Shown: piece by piece, positions 10,108 to 18,119 of the stretch | Layout: the number at the start of each line of letters is the position of its first letter | How positions within the stretch are numbered: the stretch's first letter is position 1 | Virus record (IMG/VR): IMGVR_UViG_3300032050_000168 | Span: 1-56,468 of that record | Origin: a virus | Taxonomy: Duplodnaviria; Caudoviricetes | Length of the DNA: 56,468 nucleotides | Reading direction: 5' to 3' (one strand) | The notes under the pieces: generated by a model | Seen by the model: the letters and a program-made list of their open reading frames with translations, nothing else | What the model was told of the DNA's origin: nothing | The model's database searches: none | Program-made: the position numbers and the translations under genes

Positions 10108-11031
10108 TTATTTTATAACTTCTTGAATTTTATTTAGTATGTTGTATTTTTCCAAAAATATATTTTTATTTTCTAGCATGTACGGGAACATTTCGTCATA
10201 CAATTTTTCTGCGTTGTTATTTATGTCTAATATAAGAGAACGCACGGCATCCAAGTCATCCAAGTCTGGCATCTGTATATATCCTCGGGAATCATAATAT
10301 TCCGCAATATTCGTACTTCCATAATAGATCGGAATTGTGTTAGTTAACAAATTATCTGTAAATTTTTCTGTGGTATAAAATGGTTCCGCTGTATTTTCTA
10401 TTCCTATAGAAAACCGATATGATTTAAGTGCAATGTATTTATTCCATGCTTCCCCTTTACATCTACCGGTGGCGGTCCATTGTTTACCGTATACATCAAC
10501 CGGTAAATCATTGTCTATAATTAGATTTGCCACGTTCATACGTTTACGATAAATGTGAGGTGCGTCAGAAGGAACCCACCACATATTATCCGGGGAGTTT
10601 GATACCACCATACTAATATTTTCTGTTTTGGACAAGTCCCACTGATTTATGTGTTCAAGTCCCCACTCAGAATCACCACCGCCACCATACAGCATATAAT
10701 TTGGACCTTCAATTACTTTCTCATTATCATGATCAAAAATATTACGGTTTTGAACGAATACCCAATCAGAATAATCAACCGCATTGCGATCTATATTATG
10801 TGACCACGACGGTTCCATTCCAAAAAATATGGTGTGTTGTTTATCGGTTTTAAGTACGTTGTCACCCAACCTACCGAATACTATTGCCCATTCATAAGAA
10901 TCGTCGGTAACAAATTCAAAATTTTCAAAATGGTACTCATTTAATTTTAATTGTGCTAATACTCGTCCAATAATACTAACAGAAGGTTGATCGTGTGTCC
11001 ACCAGCAAAAAATTCTAATTTTAGTTTTCAT
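10108..11031 (-). CDS. GT10-family (alpha-1,3/4-fucosyltransferase-like) glycosyltransferase
   Basis: K...LKSYRFSIGIENTAEPFYTTEKFTDNLLTNTIPIYYG matches the GT10 fucosyltransferase motif. Confidence 0.85.
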   Translation of the reverse strand: MKTKIRIFCWWTHDQPSVSIIGRVLAQLKLNEYHFENFEFVTDDSYEWAIVFGRLGDNVLKTDKQHTIFFGMEPSWSHNIDRNAVDYSDWVFVQNRNIFDHDNEKVIEGPNYMLYGGGGDSEWGLEHINQWDLSKTENISMVVSNSPDNMWWVPSDAPHIYRKRMNVANLIIDNDLPVDVYGKQWTATGRCKGEAWNKYIALKSYRFSIGIENTAEPFYTTEKFTDNLLTNTIPIYYGSTNIAEYYDSRGYIQMPDLDDLDAVRSLILDINNNAEKLYDEMFPYMLENKNIFLEKYNILNKIQEVIK

Positions 11032-11801
11032 AATTTATCTCTGTTTATTAAATAAAAATGTTCGTACGGATACTGCGGCAAATCTTCCATTACTTTGGTA
11101 TAAGGTTGTCCAAACATACCAACAATAGTAGAAGATTCAGTTTGTATATATTTTCCAGTTCCATGATTCCAAAATCCAATAAATTCTCTATTAAATCTTG
11201 AATATTTTCCAACGCCAGGTGTTATATTATCATCACGAACGTCGGATACAATATTATGAATTCCTGGTAAATAATACTCTGGGAATGCTTCATTATATTT
11301 GTCGATGTACCTATACGTTATGTCCCCGTCTTCTTCTCCAATACCCAGCAATCGTTCATCCAACCATCCTATATCAATCATTCCGTCCTTTGTATAACAT
11401 GCATGACTAAATGAACCATTGAATTTACACATTCGTGTGATGGACGAATTTATAGACTCAAACGTATCAAAAAAACTTTCATTTAAAATATCAACATCAT
11501 CGTTTAAACATAATAATAAATTAGTGGGTGAATGAATTACCAACGTATTGACTAATTTAGCGTATCCACGAAATGATGGGAAAAATATAGGATATACATT
11601 ATTTGTAGTTCCAATCAATTCCAATACCGATGTACGATACGTTTCATCAAATTCCGTATTATTTAGTCCATTTATTGCTACTAGTATAGGTATATTTTTC
11701 CTATATTCACGAATAGCTAATAATGTTTTCTTAAACATATCAAATCGTTTAGAAAACGTTGTAATACCAATACTATACGGCAAGATTGTTGTTTCTGACA
11801 T
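11028..11801 (-). CDS. GT-A fold (GT2-like) glycosyltransferase
   Basis: SIGITTF, LLCLNDDV (DxD-like), IGWLDERLLGIGEEDGD. Start moved to MSETT (11801) on the basis of an upstream AGAGAAG. Confidence 0.75.
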   Translation of the reverse strand: MSETTILPYSIGITTFSKRFDMFKKTLLAIREYRKNIPILVAINGLNNTEFDETYRTSVLELIGTTNNVYPIFFPSFRGYAKLVNTLVIHSPTNLLLCLNDDVDILNESFFDTFESINSSITRMCKFNGSFSHACYTKDGMIDIGWLDERLLGIGEEDGDITYRYIDKYNEAFPEYYLPGIHNIVSDVRDDNITPGVGKYSRFNREFIGFWNHGTGKYIQTESSTIVGMFGQPYTKVMEDLPQYPYEHFYLINRDKL

Positions 11802-12471
11802 ATTCTTCTCTATTAAAATATAAAATGTTTTCTCTGTCTTGAAAATGCGGTAGATGTAATGGCAACACACGATCCTCACTGACCCCGGTTCGTATGAATT
11901 TATAATTCCATCTATCCATCAAATGTCCATCTTCCCCTCCCCACGTAGTAAATTTTTCATCAAAAAATCCAATGTCTTTTATAGATTTGATTGATGTTAA
12001 ATGAAATCCACCGAATCCACCAACACATCCTTTTGTAAATACTAATGGATGTGTTCCGTGCGGATCAACTTGATCTAATGGTATATTTCCATCGTCAAGT
12101 TTTGCAAAATTAAAGAAAAACCCAATTTCATATGTTACGTTTGATGCGAGAGTGGCTAACGCATCCCATTGTGTCCGATGTATAAATACATCGCAGTCCA
12201 TCAAACAAATGTTATCTTCCTCTGGAAATGTATTTATTATTCCGTTAAGTTTTTCTGATCGTTTATATGTTCCAATTGGGTATGGAATATGTGTTGCGTC
12301 GTCAATTATTTTTTCTGGTGAATAGTCAAATATATTGGCAGTAGCGGGTACCGACTTACTGTTTAGATATCGTACCATATCCTTTAAATATGGCCACGTT
12401 AAGTGTACATTTCGTTCTCTGCTACTATTTTCTTGGCCATCTGTCCAAAAAGCCATGCAGAAATGTATCAT
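11773..12471 (-). CDS. GT-A glycosyltransferase with a GT7 (galactosyltransferase) C-terminal-like motif
   Basis: YKRSEKLN, LMDCDV (DxD), IGFFDEKFTTWGGEDG, HLPH. Confidence 0.75.
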   Translation of the reverse strand: MIHFCMAFWTDGQENSSRERNVHLTWPYLKDMVRYLNSKSVPATANIFDYSPEKIIDDATHIPYPIGTYKRSEKLNGIINTFPEEDNICLMDCDVFIHRTQWDALATLASNVTYEIGFFFNFAKLDDGNIPLDQVDPHGTHPLVFTKGCVGGFGGFHLTSIKSIKDIGFFDEKFTTWGGEDGHLMDRWNYKFIRTGVSEDRVLPLHLPHFQDRENILYFNREEYVRNNNLAV

Positions 12472-13391
12472 AACCTAATGGTTCCCGTTTCATAATGTTG
12501 AGTAAACCAAGAAATTGTTTGAGATAATCCGATTGGTAACTCTGTGTATTTTATAGGATATACTAGTTGGAGTTTACTCGTATCACTTGGTTTTCTTTCT
12601 TGTCCGTTATGTTGTGTACTATCTTCAAACACAATCTTTCCCGTGAAATTCATTTCCTTTGCAATTAGATGTACCACATCACGTATTTCGTACTGAGTCG
12701 GTGATGATACTACCAATGGTTCTACATCTTCATAATTAAATATTGCCCATGCAATAACTTTTGCTAAATCTTCGGCATAAATAAATTCACGATACACTTT
12801 TCCATTTCCCATCACATTTAATGGAGTATTATTTATTTTTGCCAAATAACATTTATGAATTAATGCAGGAATTACGTGAGCAGATTCTAAATTAAATTGA
12901 TCATATTTACCATATACATTTGTAGGTATTATGGTTGTCCATTTTTTATTATATTGTGTTTGATATGCCCGAGTTTGAACTTCTAACATTCTTTTTGCAT
13001 AAGCATATCCAAAATTTGAATCATGAGGTTCTCCATCGTGGATTTTATGTGGCTGTAATGGATACGTTGTTTTATCGGGAAATATGCAAGTTGACATCAT
13101 CCCTAGTAATCGGTTCACATTGTATTGATGAGCATATTGCAATACATACGTATTCATTATGACGTTTTGTTCGTAAAATCCTACGGGATCTCTACTATTA
13201 GCCATTACCCCACCAACCTTGGACGCTAAGTGAATAACATGTGTTGGATTGTATATAGAAAACATACTTTCTACATCAGTTTTATTTGTTAAATTAAATT
13301 GAGTAGACGATATGTAGTTGGCAGAGGGTAAATATTTCTGTAAGTTTCTACCCACTAAACCCGACCCCCCAGTTACCAATATTTTGTTCAT
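12468..13391 (-). CDS. fcl: GDP-L-fucose synthase (GDP-4-keto-6-deoxymannose epimerase/reductase)
   Basis: ILVTGGSGLVG, HLASKVGG, STCIFP, N.GYAYAKR, PTNVYG.YDQF....AHVIPALI, REFIYAEDLA. Confidence 0.9.
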   Translation of the reverse strand: MNKILVTGGSGLVGRNLQKYLPSANYISSTQFNLTNKTDVESMFSIYNPTHVIHLASKVGGVMANSRDPVGFYEQNVIMNTYVLQYAHQYNVNRLLGMMSTCIFPDKTTYPLQPHKIHDGEPHDSNFGYAYAKRMLEVQTRAYQTQYNKKWTTIIPTNVYGKYDQFNLESAHVIPALIHKCYLAKINNTPLNVMGNGKVYREFIYAEDLAKVIAWAIFNYEDVEPLVVSSPTQYEIRDVVHLIAKEMNFTGKIVFEDSTQHNGQERKPSDTSKLQLVYPIKYTELPIGLSQTISWFTQHYETGTIRL

Positions 13392-14629
13392 AGTTCTCCT
13401 GTCAACCGTTCACCCCATCCATGTTCTCTTGAGTGTGGCCACACAATCCATCGTTTTGGCTGGTCTAATGTGTGAAATATTCTCCAGAGTTTACAATATC
13501 CGGCGGAGTCGTTTTTCATCATCAAAATTTCTTGTTCATTGGCATCTTCTCTATGAATTTCTACCCCTTCTTTATTTTCAAATGCCACTGCCCATACATC
13601 ATAATCATTGTACGGTACCCATGATATTGGTATATCAATACAATGTTTGAATACACGTAGATATGGTTCTCCTGGAGGATTAGGAGGTTCTTTGTGATCT
13701 AACGTATATTGTTGCACAGATCGTGTATCAAATTTAATACCTGCATAATTTTCATAATCTTCAAGCGTTCTAATAGTTCCAAATCCAAAATCACCGAAAT
13801 CTTCTGCCGGATCATGTTCTCCGTCAATGCGGAGTAATCGTCTATTTCTTGCCAAAGAAGCATTATCCCAACGTCCCCATTCTGCTATATCATCCCACGA
13901 CTTTCGTGGACGATGTTCCCGAGAATATTCATGATATACTACTGGTTTATGAGGAGAAAACAAATCATAACCCCATGTATAGGCTCGGGCAGCAATAGAA
14001 ATTTCTTCGCCATGAAATAAATAATTGGGATCGTGAGGAACTTCTTTACAGAATTGTCCAAGGGTAAATCCAAAGTGTGCTGAATAGAATCGACTCGGAT
14101 ATGGAAGTGTTCTATTTTGCCAATCTGGAATTACGGATGGAATAAAAAATACTGCTCCCTGTGGCGTAAATCTGTCAAATGTCAAAAACCACGGATCTGT
14201 TGCTCTACCAGTAGGATCATTGTGTGGTTCGTAACTTGATACATATGCAGTCAGTAATGGCTTTTTGTGTCCTACTTTTTGTAAATCCTTTACCATTTTA
14301 ATTAGTGTATCATCCCAATCTTTTGCAAATCGGTGATGTGAATCTAACTGTAACGTGTAAGCTTCATCAGTCCAATGCTTTTGAATTTGGTATCGTGCCC
14401 AACACGTTCCTCTAGTTTGTAAATGAGGTATATCAAGAATTTTAAAACGAGCATCGTTTTTAAATTCATCTAACGTATCCCAATCATCCTCGGTTGCATG
14501 TTGCCACGCAATACAAAAACGTAAATTTTTGGGTTTCTTTGCATTTGCAATACAACTACGAATCGTTGGTAATAATTCTGGATCTCGGTATGCGGCAATT
14601 TGAATAAAAATGTTTTGATTCTTTTTCAT
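13388..14629 (-). CDS. GT60-type polypeptide GlcNAc transferase (Skp1 Gnt1 / trypanosome OGNT-like), copy 2
   Basis: IFIQIAAYRDPEL, GTCWAR, YTLQLDSHHRF..DWD, FHGEEISIAARAYTWGYDLF.P. Confidence 0.85.
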   Translation of the reverse strand: MKKNQNIFIQIAAYRDPELLPTIRSCIANAKKPKNLRFCIAWQHATEDDWDTLDEFKNDARFKILDIPHLQTRGTCWARYQIQKHWTDEAYTLQLDSHHRFAKDWDDTLIKMVKDLQKVGHKKPLLTAYVSSYEPHNDPTGRATDPWFLTFDRFTPQGAVFFIPSVIPDWQNRTLPYPSRFYSAHFGFTLGQFCKEVPHDPNYLFHGEEISIAARAYTWGYDLFSPHKPVVYHEYSREHRPRKSWDDIAEWGRWDNASLARNRRLLRIDGEHDPAEDFGDFGFGTIRTLEDYENYAGIKFDTRSVQQYTLDHKEPPNPPGEPYLRVFKHCIDIPISWVPYNDYDVWAVAFENKEGVEIHREDANEQEILMMKNDSAGYCKLWRIFHTLDQPKRWIVWPHSREHGWGERLTGEL

Positions 14630-15903
14630 ATGTTAAACTCTCCAGATAATCTAGTCATCCATCCTTTACTCAAACTATGAGGCCATACTATCCATTTTGC
14701 TGGTAGGTCGTCGTGATAAAAATTTCTCCAGATGTGTGAAAATTTATCTTGTTCATACGGAACACTTAAAATTCTCTGAATTTCCTGTTCATATGCGTCT
14801 TCTCTATGAATTTCTACCCCTTCTTTATTTTCAAATGCAATTACCCAAACATTATAATCATTTTCTGTAAATTCTGGTCTATGTACGTCTATACACATTC
14901 TATGGTATTTTGCCAATCCCTGTGCATGATATACTTCATCTATTGACACGGGAGGTAATTTCTTGGTAATCGTATCTCTATGTACTTGTCGTGTACTAAA
15001 CTTTAATCCCGCATACAATTCATATTGTTCTAATGATCTAACTTGTTTTTTTACTAATTTATTTGATGGTGAGATTACATCAATACCTAGTAAAGTTCTA
15101 TTATGTTTGTGGGATGTAGTATCTAATTCTTTCCAATCAGTATGGTCATCCCAATGTTTCTTTTTACCTTCTCGTGTATATTCATGCCAAATAACTGGTC
15201 TATGTGGAGCAAATAAATCATACCCCGCCATATACGCTCGTACAGACAGATTGATCTCTTCTCCATGAAAATAGTACGTGGGGTCATATTCCACTTCTTT
15301 ACAAAATTTCCCATCGGCAAAAATAAAATGACCCGAAATAAATCGTGACGGCATTGGACGATCTAGTTCTTTAAAATTATCTATGGTGTGCGGTAAAAAG
15401 TGTACGGGCCCTTCAGGAGCAAACCGGTCAAATTCCATAATCCACGGTATCATCATTCTACCAGCGGGATCGTTTTTTGGATCAAAACTGGGAAGATAGG
15501 AACTTAATAGTGGTTTTGGGCAATCTTTTGAACGAAGACTTTCCAGCATCTCAATAACTGTAGTATCCCATCCCTTACTAAACCTGTGATGGGAATCTAA
15601 CTGCATTGTATACGTTTCTTTATTATAGGCTTTATTTAGTTGATGTCTCGCCCAACACGGACCCTTCGCATCACGATAATCAATATCAATAATATCAAAA
15701 CGAGAATCATCTTTAAACTCGTCTAAGTTATCCCACTCTTCGTATGGGGAATGTTGCCAGGCAATACCAAATCGTAATCTATCAGGATGATCAGCATTTG
15801 CTAAACAATCCCGTAATGTATTTAATAATTCAGGATCTCGGTATGCGGCAATTTGTATATAAATCGTTGGATTAGAAACTTTTTTCTTTTTTCTTGGAGC
15901 CAT
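14626..15903 (-). CDS. GT60-type polypeptide GlcNAc transferase, copy 1
   Basis: IYIQIAAYRDPEL, GPCWAR, YTMQLDSHHRF..GWD, FHGEEINLSVRAYMAGYDLF.P; GAGGG SD. Confidence 0.85.
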   Translation of the reverse strand: MAPRKKKKVSNPTIYIQIAAYRDPELLNTLRDCLANADHPDRLRFGIAWQHSPYEEWDNLDEFKDDSRFDIIDIDYRDAKGPCWARHQLNKAYNKETYTMQLDSHHRFSKGWDTTVIEMLESLRSKDCPKPLLSSYLPSFDPKNDPAGRMMIPWIMEFDRFAPEGPVHFLPHTIDNFKELDRPMPSRFISGHFIFADGKFCKEVEYDPTYYFHGEEINLSVRAYMAGYDLFAPHRPVIWHEYTREGKKKHWDDHTDWKELDTTSHKHNRTLLGIDVISPSNKLVKKQVRSLEQYELYAGLKFSTRQVHRDTITKKLPPVSIDEVYHAQGLAKYHRMCIDVHRPEFTENDYNVWVIAFENKEGVEIHREDAYEQEIQRILSVPYEQDKFSHIWRNFYHDDLPAKWIVWPHSLSKGWMTRLSGEFNI

Positions 15904-15969
15904 ATAACCCTCGTGAGGAAACCTTTAACTTACCAATATACATATTATTCACTTTGTTGTCAAGTGGGT

Positions 15970-16179
15970 TTAATACGGTGTTACCGTCCACTGAGTTCCA
16001 TCCCAATACTTGACGGGTTTTATTACCCATGCAGCACCCGTCCACACTTTCATGGGTTTTGCCGTCCATGCAGCACCTGTCCAGACTTTAATTTGTCCAG
16101 TGTTTCCTGCCGCCGACGATAGTGCAACGTCAAAGGTACCGGCTCCACCGTCTCGTAGTACAATTGTATCAAACGCCAT
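15970..16179 (-). CDS. small fibre-associated protein with three K(V/Y)W(T/D)GxxW repeats
   Basis: IKVWTGAAW / MKVWTGAAW / VKYWDGTQW; translationally coupled to the upstream gene. Confidence 0.7.
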   Translation of the reverse strand: MAFDTIVLRDGGAGTFDVALSSAAGNTGQIKVWTGAAWTAKPMKVWTGAAWVIKPVKYWDGTQWTVTPY

Positions 16180-18107
16180 TATGGACTACCCGTTGCAGTT
16201 CCATTACCCGACCGTCCGACCAACGCATCAGTTTCACGGGCCTCAACAAACACTTCGTCCACATTATCATACCATGTAAATGTGACATCACCATTTCCGA
16301 CACGAGTTGTGCTCTTGAGTAAGGTTCCATCCGAGACGCGACACAATCTTGCCGTAACCGTTCCACCAGACGACCCAGAAATAGTTGAGGTGACGGTGTA
16401 GATGATATTATGTACCGTTGTCCACACTGCCAATGGAAGAGTAGAAGTCACTCCATTGATAATACGCCATCTACGTGACGCAGTAAGACTCATTCTGGTC
16501 GTGTCTGGGTCATCGGTCCATCGGTCCCAATCGTTCGGGGATTGTAATCCGACATTGGTTGACGCTGGATACCAACCCAATTCCGTTTCTGCAACCAACG
16601 GAATGGCTCCTTGATTTTCCCAGCCACCTCCCGACAATTCCCCTACAGCCGATTCACATTCAAACTGCGTAAAAGTAATTGACGGAGCATTTATAACTTG
16701 ATTACTCAAAAACCCGAGATTAGAACGGAACCAGTGTGTTGATGGTAAGAAGATGAATTGTGCGGCAGTGATGTTACTTTGGTTACCCGCTGCTTGACTA
16801 TTCTGGATACCGAACAATAGAGATTGATTGTGCGCACCCACTCCCAATGCAGATTGGTCAGATTCGTAATTGAGATACATCATTCCACCAAAGTTACTAG
16901 GTGAAGTGCCTAGTGTACCAATAGATACACCGAAATTGAAGGTATTCTTTCCTCGCGCAAGCGTAATACCCGCACCTTGCGCACCACCACTGTCTACTCG
17001 CTGACACACGAAGGTTACCCCACAATTTAACACGTTGGTATCCGTATACGAACGTTCTGCTTGTGCGCCGAATGCAATACGAGGACCAACTGCGGCGGTC
17101 TGTGAATAGTATATAACTGCTCCCGATTGTCGTAATGTAATGGTTCCAGGTTCTTGCACCCATAAATCAAATGTCTGTTCGTTTGAATCGTTAGCGGTAG
17201 TACCACCCGGTGTGAAGATTGGGGGAAGCACCAATGCCACGGAATTCAATACGCGAGTCGTTGTTGCGGGGTCAAACGTATAGGTGACACATAACAAAAA
17301 GGCAATGTGATTAAATGCTGCACCGTTCGTTACGGCAGATGTACGAGCTTGAATGTTCTGTGCCGTGTTAGTCGCCCAAACTGGCGTTGCCCCTTGGTCA
17401 TACATGTATACCATTGCACGAGCAGATGCAAGGTCGGTAAAGTGAGCACCTGACAACTGTTCTGCACCACCTGCCACGCTGATACCTAACGTAGGGTCGT
17501 TAGTAGCACCCGTGGCTTGGTCGTTGTAGATTGCTTCAATCCATACACGACGATATGTTTTAGATGCTTCTGGAAGGAACGTATCCAATGCAGGAATTTG
17601 CGTGGTACCAATGTTTGCCAACGTGGTCGTTAAGGCACCAGTATTTGATTCAATGGGAATACGCACCGTCTTTACGTGTTCAGTAGACGCATCATCATAT
17701 TCATATGTGATAATAATTTTGGCAGAATGATTAATCGTGGTTGGACCGGTGAACTGCACTCCAGCCCCGACGTTATGTACTTGTGTCGTAAAGTTTGTTG
17801 TAAAATATGCTGTAACATCTCGTTCAAATATATATGCTCCATGTTCACCCGAGTTGGCTGGTGGGTTACCAAGCGTTGCATTACTGAATGCCACTGCCCC
17901 AATCTGAATACCGAGTACTGGGTTTGTCATGGTTGCTGCAGTCGTCTGCGCATCCATCACATGTACGATAAGACGTACCGAACGGAATACTTTTGATGTT
18001 TCTGGTAGACGAACTGCCACTTGTGTAAAGTCACGACGAGTGTTTGATGCCAGTGTCGTGTTACTACCTCCCAGCCAATATTCTACGGTTTTAATTCTTG
18101 TTGCCAT
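16179..18107 (-). CDS. probable virion structural or receptor-binding protein (beta-rich, multi-domain)
   Basis: 642 aa; repeated (R/H)(I/V)KTV(E/R) domain starts; AAGGA SD. Confidence 0.6.
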   Translation of the reverse strand: MATRIKTVEYWLGGSNTTLASNTRRDFTQVAVRLPETSKVFRSVRLIVHVMDAQTTAATMTNPVLGIQIGAVAFSNATLGNPPANSGEHGAYIFERDVTAYFTTNFTTQVHNVGAGVQFTGPTTINHSAKIIITYEYDDASTEHVKTVRIPIESNTGALTTTLANIGTTQIPALDTFLPEASKTYRRVWIEAIYNDQATGATNDPTLGISVAGGAEQLSGAHFTDLASARAMVYMYDQGATPVWATNTAQNIQARTSAVTNGAAFNHIAFLLCVTYTFDPATTTRVLNSVALVLPPIFTPGGTTANDSNEQTFDLWVQEPGTITLRQSGAVIYYSQTAAVGPRIAFGAQAERSYTDTNVLNCGVTFVCQRVDSGGAQGAGITLARGKNTFNFGVSIGTLGTSPSNFGGMMYLNYESDQSALGVGAHNQSLLFGIQNSQAAGNQSNITAAQFIFLPSTHWFRSNLGFLSNQVINAPSITFTQFECESAVGELSGGGWENQGAIPLVAETELGWYPASTNVGLQSPNDWDRWTDDPDTTRMSLTASRRWRIINGVTSTLPLAVWTTVHNIIYTVTSTISGSSGGTVTARLCRVSDGTLLKSTTRVGNGDVTFTWYDNVDEVFVEARETDALVGRSGNGTATGSP

Positions 18108-18119
18108 AATTTATTCCTT

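Noticed and set aside
11802-11879. Extended N-termini given by the ORF track (also 45368, 48995, 49290, 50059, 50609, 51819, 54096, 55755)
   Set aside because: Most overlap upstream genes and all lack SD or motif support. Downstream ATGs give coupled starts and reveal the shared leader motif.
5090-15903. Glycosyltransferase cluster as a DNA hypermodification system
   Set aside because: No base hydroxymethylase, thymidylate synthase-like or T4-type DNA glucosyltransferase genes are seen nearby. The families present are protein or glycan acting and lie in the virion region. Not fully excluded.
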